From positions 65,922,607-65,983,286 of the forward strand of contig JARDVH010000097.1 of NCBI GenBank assembly GCA_030324005.1: DNA of 60,680 nt. The letters run 5' to 3'. Positions 25,130 to 37,747 of this stretch are shown here, one piece after another. The translations under genes were made by a program, and so were the position numbers. This DNA is from Negaprion brevirostris. Taxonomy: Eukaryota. The notes beneath the pieces were generated by a model that saw nothing but the letters and a program-made list of their open reading frames with translations, had not been told where the DNA came from and did not search any database. Positions within the stretch are counted from its first letter, which is position 1. Every line of letters begins with the position of its first letter.

Positions 25130-27420
25130 TCCGATCATAAAATGCTTACAACTCAGAAGGAGACCGTTTGACCCGTTTTATTTGTACTAGCTATGTAAGA
25201 ACAATTCAGTTATTCCCACACTCCCTTCCTTTTCCCACTGTCCTGCATTTTTCCCCCTGCAGATACTTATCCAGTTTGCTTTTGAAAGCCATGATTGAAT
25301 CTGCTTCCACCACATACTCCGGCAGCACGTTCCAGCTCCCAACCAGTCACTGTCTTAAAATGTTTTCTATTGATTCTTTTATTGTTTATCTTAAGTTGGT
25401 GTCCTCCAGTTCTCTATCCTTCTGTCATCAGGGACAATTGCTATCCACTGGTATAGATACCTCGTGATTTTGAACACTGCTATCAAATTACCTCTCAAGC
25501 TTCTCTTTAAGGAAAGCAACCCAGCTTCTCTAATCTATCAATGTATCTGAAGTCCCCTCATCTCTGGAACTATTCTCAAATTTTTCCTGCACTTTCTCTG
25601 AAGCTTTTGCATCCTTTCTGAACTGTGGTATGCAGTACTCCAGTTGAGGTGAACCGCTGTTTTAGAAAGGTTCATTATAACTTTCTTACTTTTGTATTCA
25701 CACTCTATTTATAAAGCCCAGGATGCTAGATGCCTTTTTATAATTGCTTTCTCAACCTTCCCTGTCACTTAGTGAAAGATGCATTTAGACCCCAAGGTCT
25801 CAGCTCCAGTACTCCCTCTAGAATTGTACTGATTAATTTATATTGCCTTTCTTTTTTCATCTAACCCAAAATGTATAATTTTACACTTCTTTGCATTAAA
25901 TTTCATCGGCCACACGTCCATCCATTCCACCAAATTGTCTGAATTCTTTTGCAGTTTGTCACTATCCTCATCACAGTTTACAATAGGATTTTCATGGACT
26001 TCGGAAAGATATCTCATAGAAGTCCATGTAAAACAGCCAACAAAACTGAATCTTGGAATAAAAGAGACGGTTGGAGCATGGATAACAAGTTGGCTGAATG
26101 ACATGAAACAAACATCACAGTTTACAAGGTGGCACGGTGGCACAGTGGTTTGCACTGCTGCCTCACAGCGCCAGGGACCCGGATTCGATTCCTGGCTTGG
26201 GTCACTGTCTGTGCGGAGTTTGCACGTTCTCCCCGTGTCTGTGTGGGTTTCCTCCGGATGGTCCGGTTTCCTCCCACAGTGCAAAGATGTGCGGGTTAGA
26301 TGGATTGCCTGCACTAAATTGTCCCTTAGTGTTGGGGGACTAGCTGGGGTAAATGCATAGGGATACGATCTGGGTGGATTGTGGTCGGTGCAGACTTGAT
26401 GGGCCGAATGGCCTCTTCATGCACTGTAGGGTTCTATGATTCTATGAATACTTCTAAGCTTTGTCGTCTATACGTTTTGAAATTGTACCTTCCACACTCA
26501 AGACCAGCTCATTAATATATAGATCAGGGAAAAATAGTAGTCCTAGTAGCAGCCTCTGGGCAATCACAGTGCGCGTCTTTCTCCAAGTCTTCGAAACAAC
26601 CATTCACCACTTCTCTGTTTCATGTCATTCAGCCAACTTGTCATCCTTGCTCCAACTGTCTCTTTTATTCCATGAACTTCAGTGTCGTTAGCATGCCTAT
26701 TATATGGACCTTTATAAGATGTCTTTCGGAAATCCATGAACACACATCAGTGACATGCTCCCTTTTTCTGCTTCACCTTTCTTATCCTCTTTCATCATAA
26801 AAGACGCTGTTGTTTTGTTTGCCCTACCTTTCCCTCTTGTGGGAAAGTATCTTGATTTAGCCACACAATCTTATCTTTAATGGCAGGCCATTATTTCAGG
26901 ATGGTTTTGTCTCCAATCTTTACCTCAATTTATCTGATCTTTATATCAATATATCAGTTCTCTCTGACTGAAATTAACCTTCCTCCAACTAACTATTTTT
27001 ACACTGGATTGCTCCTTGACCTTTTCCATAGCTAATCTAAGCCTAATGATATACTATGATCACTGTTACCCAAATGTTCTCCCACTGGCATTCAATCCAC
27101 TTAACGAATCTCATTCCCCAGAACAGGATTCAGCAATATCTCCTTCCTTGTTTCTTCCTAAAAAACAAACTGATCAAGGAAATTCTCCTGAGAACATTTC
27201 AGAAACCTTTCCCTCTCTGCCCTTTGCATTATTACTATCCCTGTTTATATTAGGATGATTAAAGTCACTCATCGTCATTTCCCTATTTTTTATCACTCTG
27301 AAATTTTGCTGTAAATTTGCTTCTCCGTACCTTTTCCGTAACTTGGTTATGTAACACACCCAGTAGTGTGAGAGCGTCCTTAATGTGTCTTAACTCTGAT
27401 CATACAGATTCTGTGGGCCT
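25130..27420 (-). mobile_element. Long degenerate CR1 LINE (APE to 3' UTR) with nested insertions
   Basis: Minus-strand MSDFNHPNI (APE), KLQK..D.LVEW..W.MKFNAKKCKIIHFG (RT) and an antisense 3' UTR near 25140. Confidence 0.8.
26128..26447 (+). mobile_element. HE1-type tRNA-derived SINE, full length
   Basis: Head ggtggcacggtggcacagtgg (A box) and ggattcgattcc (B box), body gtgggtttcctcc..ctcccacagt, CR1-like tail ttctatgattctatga. Confidence 0.9.
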
Positions 27421-30369
27421 TGATAAAGTTGTAATGAAGATTCAACTACCTTTTACTTGCAATGAGGATTTACAGTTATAAGGAAAGGTTTAAACTTGGG
27501 GACTTTTTTTACTGTGACAGATGAGTTACATGAAAGATTTTGACGATACATTTTCAAGATGTTGGCAGAATAAATAATGAAAGATTGTTTTCTTCATTTC
27601 ATAAATCACTAATAACCAGTGGATAGACACAGGATTATCACTGGAAGAACAAAAAGAAAATTAAGAATTATTTTCACGTGCAAGTGATGAAAATTTGGCA
27701 TGTATTGCCAAGTTTGCATTGAGATAGGCAAAAACATTATTTAAAAGGTAATTTATTAGTTGAAATGAAAGATTAGGATTAAAGTATAGAGCAATTGAAG
27801 GATACAAGAAGTGACACTGATACCAGCATGAGGGACTTAATGGCCTGGGCTATCAGCTTATGATTTTGTTTACTGCCAACCAGAACAGAGGCTAGGCTCC
27901 TTATCACTGGGAATGTCATCACCAGTTCAGCGAAGCATGAATGAAAAATTGGGACTGCAACACCTGAGCACAGGTGATGTATAGCCTAAGAGAATAAAAA
28001 TGGAATTCATACCCACAGAAGTTTAAATAAAATAGAGCTCGCAATGTTCAGACATATGGTAATAAAATCACCAAGTAATTGCCTGTCATTGAAATGCAAT
28101 GATCAGTTGTGACAGGCAAATGCTACTCAAAAATATTAACTTGGAACAATTAAAGCAATCACTGGTTGTTGCTCATAATTGTTTAATTTTGCGCAGTTAC
28201 TCCAGGGGAAATTATTCTTCAAAATGAAAAGCAATATAATGTAATTACTGTGTCATTCCAACATACAAATGTGCACCCACCTGTTACCAGTGAAGCACCT
28301 ATTGCCAGACTTATGCCATGTTGAAAGAAACCCTTAGGAGATGAATTCAAGCAGTTCCATGGAAATCTCTCCTGATGTTTTCACTCCTCTCTACAATTTA
28401 ATGGCCCAGAATTTGATGTCATTAAAACTGTGAAACTAGCTGGAACTTCTGGTGCTACACTTGCATAGTAGAACTCACAAATCCAGACTGCTATCAGTGA
28501 TTAATTCCCTTATGCTCCCCAAGTTGTGCTATTGAAAACCCAGATGGAAATCACAAAAATCATTTGATTTGACCTGAACTTCCATGTTTTATACTATTAG
28601 TCATATTGTAAAAACCCTTGGAAAATGTTGTATCTTGTTGATTGAGGGCCAACTGTTTTACATTGTGCTATGACATAATTGTTGCTGAACAATCTCTCTA
28701 GCCCTAAAAAAAACAATTTTATACTAAATCATTATCTTGGTCAGTAGAATGGAAAATGCTAGACGTTAATTATTAACAATATCCACAATAGAGCAAAGGT
28801 TTTGTCTTCAAAAAACATGACTTTTGTACTCTTATTTGGATTATGATGAGATTTGTACTGCAACACTACCAAAACATTTAATCAAGTTTACATGTTGGCT
28901 AACTTCATTCATGGAGACATACCTATTATCCCCTATGGAACATGTGGTAACTAACATTTTGAATTGTTCAGGAGAAGCTCACCGAGGAATTTTTGTTGCA
29001 ATGTGACTCCAGTTGTCCCTTTTTTACATATTGTTGCTGTTCTAGCTTTCTATTAATAGATTCAGTGGTCACTTGTTGTTCTTTATAGTTCCTTGAAATG
29101 AAAGGTACAATATACATTTTCTTTCATTTGCTTCTTATTGCTCCAACAATGTGACTGTGGTATATTGAGCAAGGTAAAAAACACATTGAAAAGCGCTTTA
29201 CAAAATTCACTGATGAACCAGCTGACACCTGCGCCACATAGAGATCATTAAGCTGTTGTGATTCTCCTTCAATTGAACTAGCTTGGTAGCTGAGCAGTCT
29301 TTCTTGGAAACTATTCCTTAATTGCATCCCCATTTATTATTTGCTGACATTACGGCTACTCTGAACCTTCTTCTTAGGCTGCCTTCCATGGCAGGTAGGA
29401 AAAGACATTGATAAACTACTTTAAACAGAGCTGGATTAATGACAGTTTTCGCATTAAGCATGTCCAATCCACTCTTCATGAATTTGTCTGCCTCCTGCTT
29501 TGTGACTATTGTCTTGCTTTTTCATTTAGACCTGCATTCAATTTTCCACTTACTGTGGCAATTATTTTGAAACAAGCTGTTCTGCTTATGATTTGGGTAT
29601 TTTAATTTCCTGACTAAAATTTATGTGCTTACTGCTGAAAACTAATTTATCTAATGTCTGGAAATATATCTCATTAAGCCTTCATAAACATACTGTCAGT
29701 CTGAATTGTATAATATTAAAGCTGATGAGGTGCAAATATTCTCTTTCAGCCCCAGCCAATGCAAGTTTTAGCAATGATTGATTTTTAAAGGGATTTCATA
29801 CCACATGGTGTTTACCTTATAAAATGTTTAGAAGCATGTCCATTTCTGAATATTTAGAAAAGTAAACAAACAATTCTGTTATAAGTCTGATGTCTCGGAT
29901 TAAGGTTTGGAACAAAATGCACAAGTAACTTTGGACATTGTTTGCATTTAAAGAGAAAACAGCTTTTACCTTAATTGTGTAAAGAAATCTTGCAGCTACA
30001 ATTCTATTGCATTTTTTTTTCAACACCACTTTAGTCCTTGGTTACATAGCAACATTTGAATCATACAGTTGTTTTCTGTTAATAAATGTACATTAATAAC
30101 AGTAAGACATCTGCATGTCGTCTCAGCCAGGCTAATACATGGCCCAGGAACACCTAAAAAAAAGGGAAATAGGTGGAAAATAATACGAATTTCAATCAAG
30201 AAATATCATTATGTGATTTTGGGTTCTGATTTGTTTAAATATCAATGGCACATAAAAATTTCACATGAAATTGTATTCTACTTCGGAAGCCTCAGCCCTC
30301 TTAGTTAAGTGCAGCATGGATAAATGAACATGCAAAACTTAATTTAAGTACTTACTATAATGATAACAT

Positions 30370-31300
30370 ATTGCATGTATTTTGCGCTTTTAACCTAGAA
30401 AACATTAACAAGACACTTTACAGAAGCACCATCAATTAATGTTGAATGCCAAAATTAAAATGATGTTAGGAATGATTAAAGAGAGTGTTTGAAAAAGGAG
30501 AACGAATTCCAGAGTTTGCCACCTAGAAGGCTAATGGCATGGTCCATCATTGAACAGGCTAGAGTGGAAAGGATGGAGAGAGGAGGTTATTGTGGAGAAA
30601 GGCCTGAAGTGATTTAAAAAGCCGGATAAGAAATTTAGCTTTGAGATCTTGTGGACTAGCAATTAGCTTAGGTGCACCTCATCAACTTTAGTATTATTTA
30701 ATCCAGACTTACAATATGTTAATGAAAGCCTAATGAGATATATTTTCTGACACTAGATAAATTGGTTTTCAACAATAAGCACATAAATTTTAGTCAAGAC
30801 ATTAAAATATCCAAACCATAAACAGAACAGATTATTATTTTTTCAACACCACTTTAGTCCTTGGTTGCTTAGGAAGTAACATGTAAGTGAAACTCAGTGT
30901 GGGATAGAACATTGGCAGCAGAGCTTTGGATAGCTGAAGATTACAGAACATGGAGGAAAGCAGAGCAGCTAGAACAACAATGGGATAGTTAAGTTTGAAG
31001 ATGAGAAAAGCACAGGCAACAGTTTTAGCAAATGGTCTGGGATGAATAGAAGATAGGGATAAAAGTAAACAGTTTTTATAGTGAAGATAATGTCTGGTGG
31101 GAAGGTAACTTAGGACGCAGAGGTTCTGAACAGTTTTTTTCAACCTTGGCTAGAATCGGTGTGAAAGAGTAGTTTCTGAGGTTAAGACGGCTTAGGTCTT
31201 CCAGTGTTTAATGTGAGATAGTTGTGGCTCATGTAGGTTTGGATGTCAGAAAAGAAATCTGACAACACATGCACTTGAAGAGTGGTGAGAAACAGTGGAG
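30370..31300 (-). mobile_element. Old L2 LINE 3' portion
   Basis: Antisense L2-like ORF (IHPRP..AKTVACAFLIFKLNY..LAAL) and tail near 30375. Interrupted at 30673-30866. Confidence 0.6.
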
Positions 31301-31986
31301 AGATGTTGCTGAAACTGTCTTAATCAAAGTCACATATGACGTCTCCTTATTACTGGGATGATGTGCACTATCCCTCCTTGACTTTCACGACAGAGCTACA
31401 ATCAGCAGAATTAATCTGACAACATTCTCGGGTTCCTGTTTCTGCTGCAGGTGGCTCATACACCTTTTTACAGATTGGTAGGTATTATGTTCAAAATCTT
31501 GTCAATTCCCCAAGCTATCTGGCCAGATCAACCAGTCCTGTTTTGATTCAGTTTCACCTCTTAGTCATCTTGTTAATTAACCATTTTCTTCCACAACCCA
31601 ATCCCTATAGCTGGTTTCACTCAATTAATCAGCTTGTTGATATATCCTAAATTTATTTATGGTCCATCACTGTGTTCTACAAATAAACCCAATAAGGATG
31701 AGTTGGGCTGAATGACCTGTTTAAGTGCTCTACATTCTATATAGGCACATGAAATATTGTATAGATGAATTACATTTAGTTGTACTTTATTTATATCATA
31801 ATTTTGCACTAAAGTATTGTATTAGCTTGGCTACTTTAAATTTGTCCTAACACTAAACTTATGAAGATGGCTTTGGCAATATTAATGAAGACACATTATA
31901 GCATATTCATCCACTTCCAGTTTAATGTGTCTCATTTTCATATGTACAAAGCTATGAATGATTAGACCTTTATTTTCTTCTACTAG

Positions 31987-32055
31987 GAAACTATGCTGGA
32001 TGAGAACCATCATGTTGCTGTTGCACTTGGTAAACCAGACATGGTCACTGCACTG
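31987..32055 (+). CDS. AASDHPPT: AASDHPPT internal coding exon (equivalent to human exon 5), 69 nt
   Basis: Acceptor tattttcttctactAG, donor CTG|GTAATG. Translates ETMLDENHHVAVALGKPDMVTAL (compare human ESKIDEHHFVAVALRKPD), in frame with both neighbouring exons. Confidence 0.92.
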
Positions 32056-33164
32056 GTAATGATAGCTACTTAATATTACATAGTATTTAAGACACAGAAA
32101 CAGACCATTTTACCCCCAATAGGTTTGGCTAATATTGACGAACAAACGGAAAAACAAAAATTGCATTTCTATGAGTTTAATATGTAGATGCATCAAAGTT
32201 AATAAACTAGAAAATGTCTCAGAAGTTACCCGTGGAGCTTTTGTAAAATTTCCTGCAGACTGAGTCAATCTTGTTATCTGACAGTGGAAGATGTGATGCC
32301 GAATACTGAACTCCTGCTGTTTATTTCGTTGTTAAATGATGTCGGAACAAAGAAAATAGTTAATTATCACTTCTGAGCAAGATGAAAAAAGTGAGCTGCT
32401 CTTACTCTTTCTAGACATTTATTATCACATAACAAACAGCTGTGAACTCTGATTTCTTTGAGGAGAGGGGAGGCTTTTGGTGCTTACCATTATTATTGGC
32501 ATTCGCATATGCACAGCCAAAAGTAGAAATCAAAAGTTGCCACCAGTGATAGCCTGTTGTTCCACAGTGCACACACATTGGATCAATTAGAAATTACTTA
32601 ATTGACACAAACCTCAACAATTTATGCTGTATTCTTGCTATAAGAATCAATGAAAATCTTTGAATCTTCAATCAAGGGTAACTGAGATTTTTAACAACAT
32701 ACCAATTCATGACTACAAAGTAACCCCTCTGGTCTTGAAAAACAAATTGAATCAATGCAGAGTCTCATTCCCTCAACTAGAATTTTTAAATTGTCCTTTC
32801 TGTTTTGGGTATTTCCCATTGGGATCGTCAACCAAGGTTGCACAGAATAGTTTGGGTCAACCAGCAGCCATTCATCATGGACACCATAGGTTGCTAAAGT
32901 ACATGGAAGCCTCCTGGATAATAGACTTGTGCAATTGTTTTCCATTAATAAATATATTCTAATAACAGTAAGCCACCTGAATGTTGATCCCTAAAATGAG
33001 AGGGAAAATGAACTGGGAGTAGGAGGAAATTCAGTCTTTTCCGTTTACAGTCAATTCGTGCCTCTTTGTCACAGAGAAAGTAATGAACCTGTCGCCCTGC
33101 CAAATGTAACATTTTGCACTTGTTTGACATAAATATACCTATGGTGTCTTATGAAACACTACAG

Positions 33165-33547
33165 TACAATACAGTGGTTAGCACTGCTGCTTCACAGCTT
33201 CAGGGTCCTGGGTTCAATTCTCGGCTCAGATCACTGTCTGTGTGGAGTTTGCACGTTCTCCTCGTGTCTGCGTGGGTTTCCTCCAGGTACTCCGGTTTCC
33301 TCCCACAGTCCAAANNNNNNNNNNNNNNNNNNNNNNNNNNNNNNNNNNNNNNNNNNNNNNNNNNNNNNNNNNNNNNNNNNNNNNNNNNNNNNNNNNNNNN
33401 NNNNNNNNNNNNNNGTAGGTTAGAGGGATTAGTAGGTATAATATGTAAGGATATGGGGGTAGGGCCTGAGTGGGATTGTGTTCAATGCAGACATGATGGG
33501 CCGAAGGGCCTTTTTCTGCACTGTAGGGTTCTATGATCTAAGATCTA
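33165..33547 (+). mobile_element. HE1-type SINE spanning a gap
   Basis: Same head, body and tail as 26128-26447. Confidence 0.85.
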
Positions 33548-33644
33548 CAATAACAGTTAATACGGTAGTAACCAAATATTTTGTTCTGCGTAACAGTCCT
33601 CCATGAATTTTAATGTGGATATCCACGAGCTTTATTCCTCCTTT

Positions 33645-34105
33645 GGAAGGCCAACATATGTTGTCCATTCCTAATTACCCTTTAACTGAGTGACTAGCTA
33701 GGCATTTTAGAGGGCAGTTAAGAATCAACCACATTGTCCAGGTCTGGAATCACATGTAGACCAGATCAAGTAAAGATGGCAGATTTCCTTCTTTAAGGAC
33801 ATTCATAGACCAGATTGACTTTTATGACAATCAATTATAGTTTCACGGTCACCATTACTGAAACTAGATTTCAATTCTGTATTTATTAATTAATTGAATT
33901 TAAATTCCATTTGAACTTATGTCCCCACAGCATTAACCTGGGCCTCTGGATTACGAGTCCAGTNNNNNNNNNNNNNNNNNNNNNNNNNNNNNNNNNNNNN
34001 NNNNNNNNNNNNNNNNNNNNNNNNNNNNNNNNNNNNNNNNNNNNNNNNNNNNNNNNNNNNNNNCCGGGGCCTCTGGATTACGAGTCCAGTGATAATGCCG
34101 CCATC
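33645..34105 (-). mobile_element. tRNA-derived SINE with family-B LINE tail
   Basis: Antisense head actggactcgtaatccagaggccc; 3' end gggtaattaggaatggacaacatatgttggcc is shared with the family-B LINE tail. Confidence 0.65.
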
Positions 34106-34250
34106 TCCTCTTTATGCTGCATGCATAGCCTTGTACTTCAGGAATTAAAGTGATTATTTGTAAACAAATGTAAAAATTGCATTACATCAGTTGCCAAGTA
34201 TTACAATACCGTTTTTTCACAGTATTGTTCTGTATCTACCCTTTCTTTAG

Positions 34251-34412
34251 CTACAAGAGAACATTAATCAGGAACCATCCCGTTTCACACTTCTGACCTT
34301 TAAGGATCTGATAGCCTCAGCCATAGTTATGGCACCAGAGAATCCAATGTACTGGGCGAACTTTCAAGCTAAGCAAGAAAAAGCAATTCGCCAACATCGG
34401 ATGCCTGTATGA
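34251..34412 (+). CDS. AASDHPPT: AASDHPPT last coding exon, 162 nt including TGA
   Basis: Acceptor ccctttctttAG. Translates LQENINQEPSRFTLLTFKDLIASAIVMAPENPMYWANFQAKQEKAIRQHRMPV* (compare human QFTILNFNDLMSSAVPMTPEDPSFW). Confidence 0.92.
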   Translation, partial: LQENINQEPSRFTLLTFKDLIASAIVMAPENPMYWANFQAKQEKAIRQHRMPV

Positions 34413-34747
34413 CATTATTACTGCAAGGAGCAAAACTGTCAACACTGAATCTTGGGTACCTTAATCACAGAACTTGGGCAACTGAAGGATACAATGCACA
34501 GTATAAATCAATAATTTCTATTTCTTCAGAGAGAGCTCCTCTTAACCAATGTACAGAATGATTGATACGCACTTTGATTTTAGATTGGTGATTTTTGACA
34601 ATGAGTGTAACAAGGTCTCATTGACTTTTTTTTTAACGTTGTGCTTTTGCAGCCCAACAAAATGTCAGTATGACAGCTGAATGGATTGAAAGGAGTAAAC
34701 TATTCTTATGATTTATGAAGAAAATGACTATTGTGTTGTGATATTCC

Positions 34748-34753
34748 AATAAA
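34748..34753 (+). promoter_or_regulatory. Candidate polyadenylation signal of AASDHPPT
   Basis: First AATAAA I see after the stop codon (~335 nt downstream), followed by T-rich sequence. Later AATAAA hexamers also exist. Confidence 0.4.
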
Positions 34754-36899
34754 CAGGATTGGAGGATCTTTCCTGAGAAATGTATTTTTATTCCAGATTA
34801 GCCATGTGCAGAGCACATTTCTCTGAATTTTAGACTGGGGGACAGGGTAGCTGCAGTAAACACTTTAGCATGAGAAATCCAGATAAACAATTGTTCACCT
34901 TACAAAAGCAACCTTTAGGTATAACAACATAAATTCTTCTTTATGCTTGGTATTTGCTGCATCCTGCAAGATTAGACCTGGACCATCTGACAATAATGGG
35001 ATCAGAGCAAGATAAGTACTGTCTTTCAAGTCCTTTTAGTGTGCATTGGTGTTCACCACATGAACCTAACACCTTATACTATGTTTTGAAGCATCCACAC
35101 TGCCTGATGAACCTCAGTTTGTTTCTCTTTGTGGCAGAAAGTATTTACCACTTATGCATCAAATGGACAACTATCAGGCTTTAAACGTTGTGTTATTTGC
35201 AGTGATATGTTCACTATTTCAAATAGAACTAATTTCATCCCACATATGACATATTTGGCTTCTTGCCAAATCTAATTTAAGGTTTTAGCTTTGTTCCACT
35301 GCAACCAATTCTTGGGAATTAGGAACAAATGAGAACCAAGTTGTTTTCCTGCCTTGTCTTTAGTCAAAGATAGTCCCAGATGACATTGCCAGTATTGCAT
35401 GAGGTCGAGTGAAATAAGCCCAAAAATGAACCAAGGACATTTCTATTTGGATAAATTGTGTAGGTGTCATTTAGCACTGTGATTATGTCCATTTCTCCGT
35501 CCTCGTCTCCCCTACAATACCTCCCCTTTGACTCTCGCCACCAGAGAAAATTGCTTCTGTGAACTTTGAAGTGAGTTGTTGGAAAATAAAATTGACCTCA
35601 AAGCTTCTAATAGAAGAAAGTAACATTTTCGTGAGCAAATTAAGCATCTACGCAAAAACACCTTTTTTGGATTTTACTTTTCATTAAAACTTATGTGTCC
35701 TCTAAATGCTCATGGCATTAATTGTTCCAATTACGGATGAAGATAGGGTTAGAAACCCAACCATGTGTTTTCTCAGAGATGTGGGGTATTATTATCAAGA
35801 CACAGGCAGATAGGTGAAGAAAAAGGGAATGTGATTTTAATGTCTTGTAGATTTTCCAGATTTATTCATCACAGCAAATTTCTTTAGGATATTGATGCCC
35901 AATATCTTTGCGTTACTGTTCTTCCTATATATCCTCAACTACTTCAAATCTGATCATCATTAGAACACGGATGCTCGGTAGTTTCAACCACAGCTCATTT
36001 CCCAAATTTAACTCTAGTGTAGTCTCCAACTATAATGAATGTTTAATAAATTATGTCAGGAAATAACTCTATCCTACCCCAAGCAACCTGTACCCTTCCA
36101 CAGTGCCACAGTTGACTCTTATGTAGCCAGTATCTGAGTAATTGAAATCTTCATGATCAACATTTTAGCTTTTTCTTAAGAATCCTTGTGCATTTTCTGA
36201 TCTAACTCTGGTTCCCTAACCACATCCAGAATTTTAATTTTTTTTAATCCTTAATATGAACACGACTTGCTTCTGCTCTAATAACCAAAACAAGTTCTCT
36301 TTTGCTATAATATAATTTTGCTGAGCTCATGTTTCCATTCTCCGTTTAACTGCAGTGAACCTTACAACTGCATTTTAGTCTGCTAATAAACACTTTAATG
36401 CATTAATATCTTGTTTTCAAGATCTTCCAGTTTCTTAATCCTTTTTATGTTTGCTGATATTTCTGATAAATTAAGACTTTTTCTCTTTTGCTTTTACTTT
36501 TTACCTCTTGCTGATAATTATGTTCTGCTAGTATCCAGCCAGCTTGCTTTGCATTCTTCACCTTTCCACCCAGGCTTCTATAAAGCTGGGTAGGTACTTC
36601 ACTGTATGAGTACCCAGCCTGTTTGCCATTGCTCAGTTGCAATGCAGTCCAATTCTCCAGTGTTCCAATCTTTCTACAGAGCTACGTTTATCTGCAAGCA
36701 ACAGCAGAAAGCTAAATGAGTGTAGGACTCATTCAATCTGACCTTCAAATACCTGTTCAAATGGGTACTGTGGAAAATATTGAGTTTTTCCATCAAATTA
36801 TTAAACTGCTTGAAACAGCAAACTATGACTATTTGAGTTTACATAGGCTGAGGGAGAGAAAGCCTGTATCTTTTAATTGGTTGATTTGTATGTCTCTAC

Positions 36900-37190
36900 A
36901 GTAGCACAATGGTGAGCACTCCAGTCTCACAGCATCAGGGACTTGGGTTCAATTCCCGATTTGAGTCACTGTGTGGAGTTTGCATGTTCTCCCTGTGTCT
37001 GCATGGGTTTCCTTTGGGTGCTCTGGTTTCCCCCCACAGTCTGAAAGATGTGCTGGTTAGGTGCATTGGCCATACTAAATTCTCCTACAGTATACCTGAA
37101 CAGGTGCTTGAGTGTGGCGACTAGGGGATTTTCACAGTAACTTCATGGCATTGTTAATGTAACCTACTTGTGACTAATACATAAACTTTA
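36900..37190 (+). mobile_element. HE1-head SINE with alternative 3' tail
   Basis: HE1 head and body followed by ggattttcacagtaacttcat..gttaatgtaacctacttgtgactaata. A second copy lies at 56222-56512. Confidence 0.8.
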
Positions 37191-37551
37191 AATTGTGGCT
37201 CTCGGGCAGAACTAACTGACCAACTCGCTCTCCTTTATCTTTCACATCTCAAAATCTTATCCAATTCTCAGTTAAAAAATAGAATAATCTCTGACTCAAG
37301 CATTGCATGTCAAAGTATTCCATTGCCCCAACAACTCACTGTGTAAAGAATTGTTCCTAATCTCTCCTTGCTCTCTGAATGGCAATATCAAACTGATACT
37401 CCATGGTTACACCATACTAAACAGACACAGCAAAGACTGTGAGTTGATTGTTAAACATCTACACAAGAACAGCAATGCTTTCAATCTCTCTGTTTTTCTT
37501 TCCAGGTGAGGAAGTTATGGAAGATTAATGAAAGTACAAAGCAAAGTGCAA

Positions 37552-37747
37552 AGAATGAAAACAGTACAGCACAGGAACAGGCCATTTGGCCCTCCAAGCC
37601 TGTGTCAATCACGATGGCCAAATTAAATCAAAACCTTCTGTCCTTACTTGGTCAGTATCCCTCTATTCCCTCCCTGTTCATGTACCCATCCAGATGCCTT
37701 TTAAATGTTGCTAAAATGCCTGCTTCCACCAACTCCTCTGGCAACAC
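37552..37747 (-). mobile_element. 5'-truncated CR1 3' end
   Basis: Minus strand LPEELVEAGILATFKRHLDGYM and antisense tail cagtacagcacaggaacaggcc. Confidence 0.85.

Noticed and set aside
26128-26200. tRNA genes suggested by A/B boxes (here and in other SINE heads)
   Set aside because: These are SINE heads that continue into SINE bodies and tails, with no full cloverleaf.
26137-26343. Recurring 'MAQWLALL..' and 'MVSTAASQ..' ORFs that look like a small gene family
   Set aside because: They are translations of non-coding HE1 SINE copies.
34223-34250. Alternative upstream acceptor (ttttcacAG) for the last exon
   Set aside because: It adds 28 nt and shifts the frame; 34251 keeps the conserved translation.
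34410-35610. TGA read-through or selenocysteine recoding using the imperfect hairpin near 35545-35607
   Set aside because: The stop sits at the expected protein end, AASDHPPT is not a known selenoprotein, and the hairpin lacks convincing SECIS features.
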